Assembly: GCA_023213395.1 (NCBI GenBank) | Contig: CM041465.1 | Coordinates: forward strand, 50,289,741-50,353,740 | DNA: 64,000 bases | DNA from: Cycas panzhihuaensis | Taxonomy: Eukaryota > Plantae > Cycadophyta | Direction of reading: 5' to 3' | Part shown: positions 25,401 through 37,583 of the stretch, piece by piece | Layout of the letters: each line of letters starts with the position of its first letter | Position numbering within the stretch: the first letter of the stretch is position 1 | Notes under the pieces: model-generated | Told to the model about the DNA's origin: nothing | Database searches by the model: none | What the model saw: the letters and a program-made list of their open reading frames with translations, nothing else | Program-made: the position numbers and the translations under genes

Positions 25401-28400
25401 GATTTTAATAAAAAGGCATGGGTGTTTTTTATAAGAACAAGTTTGATGTACTTGAAAATTTTTGTTAAATAAAAAAATTGTGTAAAAAATGAGTGTAATA
25501 ATAATAAAAAAAAAGATTTTAATAAGTGATAATGGAAAGGAGTATGACAATAATGCCTTTAAAAACAATGCTACCTTGATTGTGGTATTAAGCGAGAGTT
25601 GATTGGCTTGTATACCCTACAGTAAAATAGTGTTATAAAAAGGAAGAACCATATCATGATGGAGATGGAAAGGAGTATGGTACATTCAAAAAACTTACTA
25701 CTGATGTTTTGGGCAAAAGTTGTATCGACTATTATTTATATACTAAATTGGATCACAATAAAGGTCATTCATGGTATTACCCCTGAAGAATGTTAGATTA
25801 GTCATAAACCTTCCATTAATTATTTTAAAGTATTTAGGTGCATTGCATGTGCATACGTCCCTGACAAATATTACAAGAAGTTAGATTGTAAGAGTTTAAA
25901 GTGTATTTTTGTGGGGTAGTCAGAAGAGAATAAAACTTACAGACTATGGTTACATATAGTGGTAGGGTTACCACATGTTGCTTGTTCATAAGGCATTTAT
26001 GAAGGATGTGCATATGGAAAGAATTATTGCTATCTGTTTTCTAGAGATTGTGCTTGGAGAGCAAAGAAGAAGCTTGAACTTGTCCATACTGACCTGATGG
26101 GTCCATTACCCAATCCTTCTATTTTAGGTTCTTGATATGTTCTTATATTTGTAGATGATTTTAATAGAAAACACTAAGTGGTTTTTTTAAGAACAAGTCT
26201 GATATACTTGAAATTTTTTGTAAAAGAAAAAATTATGTAAAAAATGAGTATAATAAAAAAAAAAGATTTTAAGAAGTGATAATGGAATGGAGTATGATAA
26301 TAATACCTTTAAATAATTATGCCTTTATCATGTTACTAAATAGGAGTTGATTGTCTCATATATCCCACAACAAAATGGTATTATAGAAAGGAAGAACCAT
26401 ATCATGATGGAGATGGCAAGGAGTATAGTACATTAAAGAAACTTACTATCGATGTTTTGGGTAAAAGCTATGTCGACAATTGTTTATATACTAACTTGGA
26501 TCTTGATGAAGGCTATTAATGGCATTACCCTTGAAGAATGTTAGACTAATCATAAGCCTTCCATTAATTAGTTTAAAGTATTTGGGTGTATTACGTATAC
26601 TTACATCCCTGACAAACATTGTAAGAAGTTTGATCACAGGAGTTTGAAGTGTATTTTTGTGGGGTAGTCAGAAGAGAATAAAACTTATAGACTATGGGAT
26701 CCATAGGGGAAAATAATTATAATTTGTTAGAATGTTAAGTTTGACCAGTCATCAACGTACCATGTTGAAAAGACATCTGAAGATAAGTTTTATCCTCCAT
26801 TTCTTCATTTTCTTGGTTGACCTATTAATAGAGGAGTCAAGTTTCAAGAGCCTAATATTTTGTTGACAAGATCAAAAGCTAGACCAAGTGGAAGTGCTAA
26901 CGAGGAGTTATTATATGATGAAGCATGGACAACACCCCATGATCCTTTATAGGCAAGGAGGACTATTGAAGACTTTCGCATGATAGTAGAAGAGCTTATA
27001 GATGGTCAATGGATAAGAAGATAATATACTTGTCAGACTCTTGTGGTAGACACCAACGACTCTAGCAATCCCATTTCATATGAGGAGGCAAAGAAGACTA
27101 GTGATGGAGAGCTACAATGGAGGAGTACATCTTAATTATGAAGAATGATACATGGGATTTAGTTCTCTTATCTCTCTCTAAGAACCTGGTCAGTTATAAG
27201 TGGGTCTATAAGATGAAGTATTACTTCAATAGAGAGGTTGATAAGTACAAGGTTCAACTTATTGCACATGGTTTTAAATAGAAAGTAAAAAATTAATTAT
27301 AAGGAGACATTTACACCAAACTCTAAGATGTCCATGATCTAATTGATCCTTACTTTATTAGCTATATATGGTTGGGAGTTACACCATATGGACGTTAAGT
27401 TTGTGTTTCTTAATAGAGATCTAAAGGAGGAGATTTACACATCACAACCTGTGGGATTCATTAAGAAAAGTTAGGAGCATTTAATGTGTTGACTGAAGAA
27501 AACTCTTTATGACCTGAAATAAGCATCACATGCTTGGTATAAGAAGATGGATGCTAAATTGAAGGAAGATGGGTTTGTATCGACTGAAATAAAACTGAGT
27601 TTTTATATTCGAAAGAGTAGATCGACAATAGTTATTGTTGTGTCATATATTGATGACCTTATTCTTATAAGCAATTGTAATAAAACTATTACATCAACAA
27701 AGTCTTATATGGGATACACTTTTAATATGATAGATCTCGATCAACTCCATTATTTCTTGGGCATTAAAGTTAGGTAGATGGAGGATTGCATCATGTTGTC
27801 ACAGGCGAGGTATGTTGCAAACCTGCTTGAAAGATTTGGCATGAAGGATTGTAAATCGATAAAGACAACATGTGTGAAGGGCACAAAGCTTCTTAAAGAT
27901 ATGGATAAACCTGTTGTAGATGGGACTTTATATCAGCAAGTAGTAAGGAGTTTGATTTATTTAACTCATACTAGGCCTATTATTACTTATGTTATTGGAT
28001 TTGTTTCCCATCTCATGCATAATCGCTAAGAGCCTCATTGGGTTGATGTTAAAAGGATTCTAATGTATATGAAGGGAACACTTAATCTTAGCCTTGAATA
28101 CCTTCGTGGTAGAGAAGCAAACTTGCATGGTTATACAGATATCGATTAGGGTAGAGATGCAGAAGATCGAAAATTGACTATAGGTTATAGTTTTGGCATT
28201 AACAATGGATTTGTATCATGATAAACCAAAAAGTAGACCACTATTATATTGTTGTTTATAGAGGTTGAGTACCAATGATTGAGTGTTAATGTGAGGGAAG
28301 TTGTATGGTTGTAGGGACTATTAGAGATGTTTGGAATTGCTTGTAGCATGCTTATCATATGTGTTAATAATCAAAGTATTATTTGACTCTCTAAGAATCT

Positions 28401-28570
28401 AAAGTTTCACATACATATGAAGCATATTAACATCCAACACCATTACATCTATGAGTAGATCAGATTAGGGAAGTTACAAGTTGAATTTTGTCCAAGTGAG
28501 GAACAACTTGTGGACATGTTTACTAAAGTTCTTAATAAGATTATATATTTCTAAGATCAAATCAATATCT
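22435..28570 (+). mobile_element. Degenerate Ty1/Copia element (Copia-2); 3' LTR not found
   Basis: 5' LTR TGTTAG...TTACA 22435-22845. PBS-like sites at 22846-22858 and 22919-22931. gag ~23890-24700, integrase ~25140-26750, RT YIDD (27547-27777), RNase H to ~28560. Confidence 0.88.
25195..26697 (+). repeat. Tandem duplication (~750 bp x2) of the Copia-2 integrase region
   Basis: 25195-25949 and 25950-26697 both run from TTRCATATRGTGGTAGGGT to AAAACTTAYAGACTATGG. Confidence 0.95.
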
Positions 28571-28739
28571 TATGATATAGATTCCAGGACCATTCTCTCT
28601 TTGATCCTCAAGTCATTGCTTGCTTAAAGGCCTTATTAAAGGGTTGCTAGATATACATGCTCAAATGTTGAGAGAAACTTCCTAGCCTACATTCATACTG
28701 CCAAAAGGAAGCAATGCACGTATTATCACCTGTTGACCA

Positions 28740-29800
28740 TTAAGACATGTTGCAACACTGTACCTTGCAAACCCCAAAAGGAGTGTCCCCCGGGTAGGGA
28801 GAGGTAGTGTTATTCTTAATTGAACTATTGGATTGCTTGAGCTCCTTAAATACTTTCGTTGTACTATTTATCATATGATGGTCTTCATCTTCTTCACTAA
28901 TAGAAGATAGGGCTTGAAACTTATTATTAGAAGTATTATTTTGCTTATTTTCTACCTTATTTATAAATTTGGGTCTAGAATGGCCTTTTCTTTGGGCTTG
29001 AACAAAACCATCACTATTGCCACGATTTGGTGCCATTCTTGCTACACCCTTGTTTTGGGGACATACATGGGCAAAGTGGCCATTTTGATGGCATAAATTA
29101 CATTTGTATCGAACTTGGGCATAATCAAGATCTCTAGAGCTAAGACTGCTTATCTAAGATAACCTTAACTTGTTCAAGTAAGCCCTTTATAATGTCCACT
29201 TCAACACAAATCAAAGCAAAGGAGGTTACCCTTCGAAGCAAAGTAGTTTTCATAATTTTGATGTATCACCCAAGAGTTGTACCAACAATTATAAAGGCTT
29301 TTTCACTCCATAGATGCATAGGGAAACAAGGAAGTTGTACTCAAACTAAGATGGTATTCAAGATTTCTTATCTTAAGTCAAATGACAGATCTTGGTATTT
29401 CATGAATAAACCACTTTGAGCCATGAATTATTATATCTTTTTTAAAATGACGTCTCTATCAATAACATTCTTAAAAATAACCACAAAGAAGCCTCTGTCC
29501 ACATTACAAATTTTAGGCTCATAAGAGATAAGGCCATGAGTTTAGACCCCTTAGTGACAACCAAAGATTGAAAGACTTACAAATGAGACCACTTGACATT
29601 ATACATGTGTAATTTTCAAGCATGAAGCTTGAGTCAAGCATAACACAAGGGTTGTACTTGTTTTGTTTTATGCATAAACTCTATTTAAGGGCCTTCTCTC
29701 CCGCCACCCTTCTATCAGGGCAAGCATCTTAGGATGGCATAAGGAGATGAGGAAGGGAGGCACCCTTTAGGGAGGAGGATGAACCCACTGTGATTGTAAA
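28740..29800 (-). pseudogene. LINE ORF1 remnant (DUF4283 plus zinc knuckle)
   Basis: Minus strand: VDRGFFVVIFKN, FPMHLWSEKAF, ICVEVDI, LDYAQVRYKCNLCHQNGHFAHVCP (CX2CX4HX4C), then NKFQAL. Confidence 0.85.
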
Positions 29801-30199
29801 CATTAAACAAACCATAACAATTAGCCATTAATCAAGAACACTCCAGTTTCTTTTCTCCTAACTTCTCACTCTAAGGGCTTATTTTCTTGATTACCCTCAT
29901 CATTTAACCATCCTAGTGTATGCATGCATGTTATTTATTTGCATCTATTATAGGTGCATTACATATATTTATATCCCTAATAGATGATACCAAGATAATT
30001 TTAATTTATTAGAGAAAAAAATGTTCTCCATTAAAAAAAATCACCAATATAAACTTCCTTAATTTATTTTAAGGAGTGAATAGACAATACCATACATGCA
30101 TGTCAAAAGGACAAAATGAGCTCTTTATGTCCGTTTTATGTGCATCGAATAATTGAAAAGGACAACTATGATTTCACATAATTTGTATTAGCTTAAGAG

Positions 30200-31162
30200 T
30201 ATTCGCATCCCAAAACCCGGTTATTGATAACTTATTCTCGAAACAACTTAAGGAATCAAACAATTGATCTTTGTAATGACGTTAGCATCAGAAATGCATA
30301 CATTCATTTTAGGTAACATGCAAATGCTTTTATTTTGAACGCGTACAAACATTCGCCTTGGGAATTACAGCCGAAAAAAATATCATTTCTAGGTGTCAAT
30401 ATGCGCAGTTAATGCGTTCATCCAACGATCTTCCACACCATTTGGAATACATTACGGCCCTTGATTAGTGCATTAAATGCTAAGGTGGACATTGGACATT
30501 CCAAAACTTCTATGGGTGGATTACCATTACTAACGTTCGCCGGAAACCCTGTCTCCGTCAACAAAATTCCTCTTGTGCTGAGACAGGAACGATGGTTTCC
30601 GGGCCGGAGCCAGCAGCAGCCGTTACATAAATAACAACCGTTAGTCAACCTCATCGATTGTTAAAGCCAAGTAAAACCGTTCCACCACCTCAAGAGGGTA
30701 CATTAGATACTGCTCCTGTTAACTTTTACCACTACTCTGCCACTCGCATCACTATCGCGCAACGATCGCATATAATGTACACCGTTTGATTAAATTATAA
30801 TGCGAAGGATGCTCGAACTCTAGCAGCTCATATCCACTATGGATCTTCGGAGGCGATCACGTGCAATCGCTCCCAGAATTTACAGAATCAAAACAAGAGG
30901 CGAGAAACCAGACGGTTTTGAAAGAAACGCCCGGTATCGTTTTGTGTAGGCTAGGGTGGTTTCAAGTAACATGCAGCCCAGTTTATGATAGGCCTCTATT
31001 ATTTGGTTTCCTAGTTGGGACTGCTTAAACATCACCCTGCACGGAGATTTAGTGAAGGCCACGGCCGTCATTTGCACGGAATCCTGTCGGAGATGCGAAG
31101 CATTTATATTATCTAACGATCCAATGCTCTGATGATTCAGTCGCTCATCGCTTGTCGGATCG
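30200..31162 (+). promoter_or_regulatory. CpG-retaining promoter/5' region of the sterol desaturase gene
   Basis: Abrupt rise in CG dinucleotides relative to flanking TEs. G-box CACGTG at 30858-30863 inside an imperfect inverted repeat. TATA-like TTTATATT at ~31103-31110. Confidence 0.6.
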
Positions 31163-31544
31163 ATGACAATGGGAGACCACCTACGTTGTGCTCTTATTGC
31201 TGCCCTGGTTTTGTATTTCGGTGTTTCCTCATCTGTTTCTGAACCTGCTAATACCGGATGCTACGATGTTTCCTGTGATTCCATATCGATTACAAATTTG
31301 AGTGTAAATGATTTTCGGGAGAAAGGAAGGGATGAGTACTTGCAATTATTTGTGGAAGAGACGGGGTGGTACAATAGCATTGTGCTCGGCTCGCTGTTGC
31401 CCCGAAGGATTTGGTCGCCGTTGCCGCACGTTCTGCAGACATGGCTGCGCAACTACCTTGCTGGAAACATTCTTTATTTCCTCACGGGAGGGCTTTGGTG
31501 CTTCTATCTCTATTACTTAAAGCGCCACGTCTACTTCCCCAAAG
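31163..31544 (+). CDS. STE1: Delta7-sterol C5(6)-desaturase, exon 1 (partial CDS)
   Basis: [69 protein letters not shown] closely resembles the N-terminal part of Arabidopsis STE1/DWF7. Phase-1 donor CCCAAAG|GTTTAT at 31544/31545. No stops. Confidence 0.93.
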
Positions 31545-31588
31545 GTTTATGGATTTCTGCTCTATCTTGTATTTACCCGCAATTTAAA

Positions 31589-31629
31589 ATATATATATGT
31601 GTGTGTGCGCGCGTGCGTGCGTGCGTACA
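31589..31629. repeat. Compound alternating purine-pyrimidine tract (AT)n(GT)n(GC)n(GTGC)n
   Basis: 41 bp of uninterrupted RY alternation, 45 bp after the donor site. Confidence 0.9.
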
Positions 31630-31829
31630 GTTATCGTATGAAAAATAACATTTGGCCCAAGATATTTTCAGAGTTGAATCGCTGGAAAATTAGATTAAAT
31701 TCAAAATGAGAGAGGATCGCAATTTGTCATGTGTACTAGTCCTTAACCCATCCCATCCGTTCCAATCTAATCCAGGCCAAGTTTATCCCATAAACCCTAA
31801 CTTCTGCTAGCCCTGCCACCTACTAAGAT

Positions 31830-32290
31830 GGCGAATGGGCATGACCGATTGTTTAGCTTCAATCATCAAGTAGTTGTCGATTGTACTCGAGCCCAAAAAG
31901 AAGGAAATCCTTTTAAGCCATAAATCCGGGCGACAAAGGCCTAGTTCTGCAAATGGGTACAATCCTCCAATGGAGTTGGGTTCTATCATGATTCTGTTTG
32001 CATGGAACTAGAGCCCTCCCAGATGCAACCGACGGGTTGTATCTTACCGGTAAAGCAAAGCCGCTTTGCTTGATCGAGCCTAACGAGTTACAAAATTGGG
32101 ATGATAGCAAGTCTTCCCTTCCCTTCATAAAGACTTGGCCTCTAAGGAGATTGCGGTCCTAGGAATAGAATATGAAGACTTCAATGTCCGTCATATCATG
32201 CCTGCAAAGAACTCACCCCTAAAATTGCAAAGCAAGACCAATTTTCTGGATATCAAAAAGAAGAGCGATGTCTATGCAAACCAATCAAAT
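31830..32290 (+). pseudogene. Possible highly diverged LINE ORF1-like remnant
   Basis: Fragments WVQSS, PLCLIEP and IEYEDFNVR...SCLQRTHP*NC (needs a frameshift) loosely resemble the DUF4283/zf-CCHC end. Confidence 0.25.
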
Positions 32291-33235
32291 TTGTAACGAA
32301 AACTTTTCTAGTTGTAGTTAAGGTGTAACCTGCTTTATATTTTGAAAATGACAGGTTGCATCGTTCCCAATGATGGTGAATCTCGATCGCTTAAAATTAT
32401 TCTCTGGATGTAATTCTCCTCTACGATCTCACACCCGAGTCAAGTAGTCCTTTTCCAGAATGTGTTTTCCATCGGCAGTGTACATTTGTTGCCTTGACGC
32501 TCCTTGCAAGATTTGCACTGGAATGCGCTTGAATCGGTTGCGATTTTTTATTATCATAATTCCAGTTCTCCATGCATTGACTTAATATAGGTGTCGAGAA
32601 CAGAGATGTGGAAGACTGCCAACGGGGGCCCTTTCAGATTGTAAGCTGCTTCACCACTGAGTTCAATTGACAATAACCTTTTAGGGGACAAAACATCTTG
32701 ATTGAAACTTTTCTGACTGCCCCTTTTGAAGGGTGATGTGCTCCAGGATATAGGGGTTATGATGCTGTTGGACAATTCTGCTACTGTCATCCAACTATTG
32801 AACTCATGGCGAATTGTTGTGGAAATGCCCCAAATAGTCATAAATTTAATAAGCACAAACATAAAGAAGAATATATGCACTAGCATGGGAATGTTGTTGA
32901 AAGGTGAGTTTCATCCGTGATAAATGCCAGTGAGAAGAAAAGTCAATAGAATAAGGTTTGAAGGGATAAGAACACAACTGAGAAAGTGGGGAAGGGAAAG
33001 ACCAGGGTTGAAGAGCCCAGATTCTACTAACAATCAATAATCTTATTTGAACAGAAAATCTTTTCTGACTTCTAATATTTCCTATTATTAAAATTTTACA
33101 CTACAGTATTTGCTGATAATACAAGCTTAGCAATAATTAAAAATAAAATGAAGTTTCAGATTCATGAATATTTCCCAAACTGAAAAGGATGAAATATTTA
33201 AAGAAAAATGAAGGATTGGAAAGTTCTTAAGAAAC

Positions 33236-33574
33236 TGCTGGAAATAATGTTTAATCCTTGATTATTGTAATCACTTGGTGATGTCTCTCTCAAATGTTGT
33301 GCACACATGTGAACACTTTTAATATGTAAGCATTATTAATTTGTGTGATCATGATTTAGATCTTTATATATTCTCATAGGTTTTCAAAGAGATTCTCCAA
33401 TTTTACTAGTTCTTTATGATACGAATCATTTTTAGAAATATGTACCTATTATAATGCAATAGATGAAGACTGATCATTCTTTCAATCTCTTTTGTGTTTT
33501 GAATTGGTGTGTATTTCATATTTCTCAACATGCTATTATAGCTTATTTTAATTATTCCAACATGGTGTCAGAGC
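33236..33574 (+). mobile_element. Orphan LTR with Met PBS
   Basis: TGCTGGAAATAATG...TTCCAACA (33236-33562) followed by TGGTGTCAGAGC. Termini resemble the LTRs at 37584 and 42551. Confidence 0.65.
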
Positions 33575-36500
33575 CTATGGTTTAGTCTTCATAAGATAAG
33601 TCTATGATTTTGGATTGAATGTTATGTGGTTGACGGATATTTGTTTTATTCTCAATTCTATGAAATTTAGAGGGTTTCATTTACAAGTTTCGATATTTGA
33701 TTCAAATTTGTAATTTGTTGAGAGTATTAATTTAGTGTACTAATGGAAATATATGGATGTGGTGCCTAAATTAAGCATGTATTTGTTTGAACAAGTGGGT
33801 CCACAAACTCAATTGTTTTGGGAAGATTTATTGTGGCCATGCTTAATTTGTTATGGTCAATTCTTGTTGAGAGAAAGTCATGGGTTTCATGGGGTTCGTA
33901 TGAAGGTAGCAGAAAACTTATAGAGGTAGCAATGTGTTTGATTTGAACTTGCCGAACTCAAATCGAGCTTTCTTGGCATCCTGTGTTGACGACTATTTAG
34001 CGCATCGGCATTTTGATACCATCCGGTAACATAATTGTCATGTGTCCTTCTTATCCCTTGATGGTTGCTGTGCTTAGAATTTTGTAACATATAAAGCAAC
34101 TTTGCAACAATCACTACATATGCAACATATTCAATTTCAACATGAACAACCAAACATCAATCACATAAGATGCACCTGATTTTCTTCATAACTCATATTT
34201 TATTAATCAACATTGAATATGTTCACTAGAACTTTACATCGCTTTTAATGTTTGACTTTCATTGTAGAGAGGACATCATACGACTTAATCAATTGGCTCT
34301 CCCCCCTTTAGAATGTATCATAAGACTCAATTTCTTGGCTCTTATTGTTGAACCAACAAGAGAAACGACTTACTTATATTTTTTTTACATAGCCAAAATG
34401 TTAAAAATTTGAAAGAGTACAACTTTACAACATAGCTTTTGACTCTTCATAACACAAAACCCTGATTAATGATAATCATGTGTTGCTTCGTATATTTGTA
34501 TGTTAGTATTGTCATACGAACTAGCTCTAGGAGTTTTGTGTAGAGCCATCCTAAGAAGCACCAACAATTTCAAAACCATTCCATTCCTATCAGAACCATC
34601 CCATAGCTGTCCTTGCATTCCCAAAAACTTTTTAGAAAACTTCCCAAAAACTTTCTAGAAAACCTTTAGGAAAACTTCCCAGAAACTCCTTTACTAGATT
34701 CTTATTAGTTTGCATTGGTTTTTTACTCAATCACATGTCACTATCATTCCTGGAAATGTCCATGACTGTTCCCAATCATCCCAAAACCAATTTCTTTGCC
34801 TACATCTATCCAAGGGTTCAAAAAAATGTTTTGAGCATCCTTGCCTAATGTTGCCAAAATCCCTGTTGTTATCTTGACAAAATTTTTTGGTCATGGGTCA
34901 CCTTCCCCCACATATTTTCTTGAGATGGTTGTGTAGCTCACTGAGTTGCATATCTCTCCTTTGTGCTTCATCCCTTCATTAATTTTTATCAAGTTTTTTG
35001 AAACACTTTTTGGAACCCTTATGATGAGATGATTTCACTTGAATTTCCATTTTGTTGTTTTGTTTAGGGCTTTTGTAGGGCTTTATCCATTCTCGTTGTT
35101 TTGTTTAAGCTTCCTTTTTCTTTATTTCTCAGTGTTGTAAAGTGATTCATATGGAGTTATGGATTTTCTATTTTTGGTGTTTGATTTTTTTTTTTTTGTA
35201 TTTTTGTTTCTATGTATCAAGATGGAAACAATTCCTTGATACCAGGATAGTTTTGATTGTCCTCAACTTCAAGCAAGACATTTATGGTACAACTGATAGA
35301 TTCCTCCAAGAAATTTGTCCAACCCTAATTGTGGTAGGATTTGAGTTTGCTACCCTTGACCATTTCAGGCAATAGTCGACTTGCCAGTTCCCTTAATTGG
35401 ACAGTGCCATTCTCATACAACTCTTCAATCAGGTATGGCCCTTTCTAGTGTATCTTTAATTCTCCCTAATGCATTTGAGGTTTGTTGTTGAATTGCCATA
35501 CTCAATCACTTTTTTTGAAATATGATGTCTTGATATGGTGGTCGTGTGATGCCATTTCTGCCTTTTCCTTGCTGTGATTTGCTTTGTTAGTTTCTTTGTA
35601 TTGTCCCTTGATTTATCTTTGGTTTTGCCACTATGACTTGTAGAAATGTGGCTATCATGCATTCCTTTTGTTTATAGTTATTTCCATTGCCAAGGTAATT
35701 TTTTTCGAAGTTGTCATCTATGTCAAAATATTCAGCCCTGCATTTCTCTTCATCCATATCAGTATAAAATTCCTCATCCCTAGCTGTGTTTGGATATTAA
35801 TCACTATTATCCTTACAACAATGCTTAATTGCAATTTCACAACTATCCATATTTTTAGACTCCATATTATGATTCATATCAGTGATAATTCTCATATTAT
35901 AATAGTTAGTACTTGGTGTATTTACTCCATATGCTTCTTGCAACTAATTGTATACATATGAATTTCCATCACCACCTTCAGAGTTCAAGCTTGGTTGCAA
36001 TTTTTCGTAACTCTTGGGCTCTTGCTCATGTGTGATATTGTAGCAACCTTACAGAATTCTTCTAACAAATTTTATAGAAATAGACAAAATATCCACGAAA
36101 TGCACTTGCAAAATATCCAATCAAGAGAACAATAATACAAATCCACTTGAATACTTATGACATACAAATATAAAATGGTATGAAATGAATATAAACCAAA
36201 TAGATACAAGATTACCAAATGACTCCGCAATCATTGTTGATAATGAATCCCTCTTAGAGGCGAGGTGCCCTCCACAATGCTCCCAAAAGGGCCGAAAATA
36301 TTACAGTCCAAGACTTCTCGGATGATGTAAAATGAGGCCGCAAATCCTCTTTAAATAGGTGGCCGAAAGAAAGTAATAGAAGTCGGCCAGAAAAGGTGAT
36401 AATCTTCTTAATATTGCTCAAATAGAAGTCGGCTAGAACTTCTCAAAAAACTGGCAGGCTGACTTTAAATAGTCATAACTTTTGATATAGATGTCAGAAT

Positions 36501-36592
36501 TAACTTTCGTCTAGATTGTTGGAATCGATGTTCAGAGGCCTTTGATTTGAATGGTAATAAGCTATATTTTGACCATATTTTGAAATGCTGCA

Positions 36593-37583
36593 AGTCTCCC
36601 CCCCTCAAAACATGCTTTGCCCTCAAAGCATGGGTAAATTGTAAATTGTATCCATTCTTCAGATTTCCATGTGGCTTCACTATTGTCCATTGCTTTCCAT
36701 TTGATAAGGTATTCTGTGATTTCATGAGAACGCAACTTTTTGGTACATTTTTGAAGGATACCTTTTAGTTCAACTGATAGTCCTCCTTCTTCATCTAATA
36801 TTGGAAGTTCTGTTTGGATTGGTACCCTCTCTCCTAACTTCCTCTTAAGGCAAGAAACGTGGAATGTATTATGTATTCGACAATTTGGGGGAAGCTCTAA
36901 TTTGTAGGCTACATCTCCAATTTTAGCCAAGATTTTATAGGGTCCAAAAAATTTCGGTTGAAGTTTATTTTGCCCTGTTTGTTTTAGGCTATTTTGCTTG
37001 TAGGGTTGTAATCGCAGAAAAACCCAGTTTCCTACCTTGAATGTACGCTCTATTCTTTGAAGATCAGCTTGTTGCTTCATTCGATTGCGAGCTAAGTTCA
37101 AGTTATCTTTTAAGGTATCCAGTATCTGCCTTGATTGTTGGTGATACTCTTCGATCAATTGTACTTTGGATAGCTGGGTCCAATTAAGGATGGATGGCAG
37201 CTCAAATCCATATAATGCTTGAAAAGGGGACATCCTGGCAGACGTGTGGTAAGTTGTATTATACCACCATTCTGTTAAATGAAGCCATTTGTGCCACTGG
37301 TGTGGGCTTTGAGTGGTGAAATTACGTAGATACCCCTTTATGCATTTATTTACAGCTTCTGTCTGACCGTCTGATTGCAGATGATATGCAGAACTCATAT
37401 TAAGCTTCATGCCCGCCAATCTGAACAATTCTTGCCAGAAATGACTGGTGAATTTGGGATCGCGATCGCTAACTATCACTTTTGGAAACCCATGGAGACG
37501 ATATATCTCCTTGATGAATAACTCTGCTATTTGAGGAGCTTTTGCTGTTACTTGAATTCCCCTAAAATGTGCATATGTGGTTA
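36593..37583 (-). pseudogene. Integrase C-terminal half and chromodomain of the chromovirus
   Basis: IVSDRDPKFTS, QSDGQTEAVN, GPYKIL, FHVSCLK, EYLIKWKAMDNSEATW; frame is open into the PPT. Confidence 0.93.

Noticed and set aside
30418-31077. Short minus-strand ORFs as a divergent gene
   Set aside because: No homology or splice pattern that I can support
31545-31648. C-terminal part of the 161-aa ORF (GLWISALSC...[10 protein letters not shown])
   Set aside because: Read-through into the intron and microsatellite; homology stops at the GT donor
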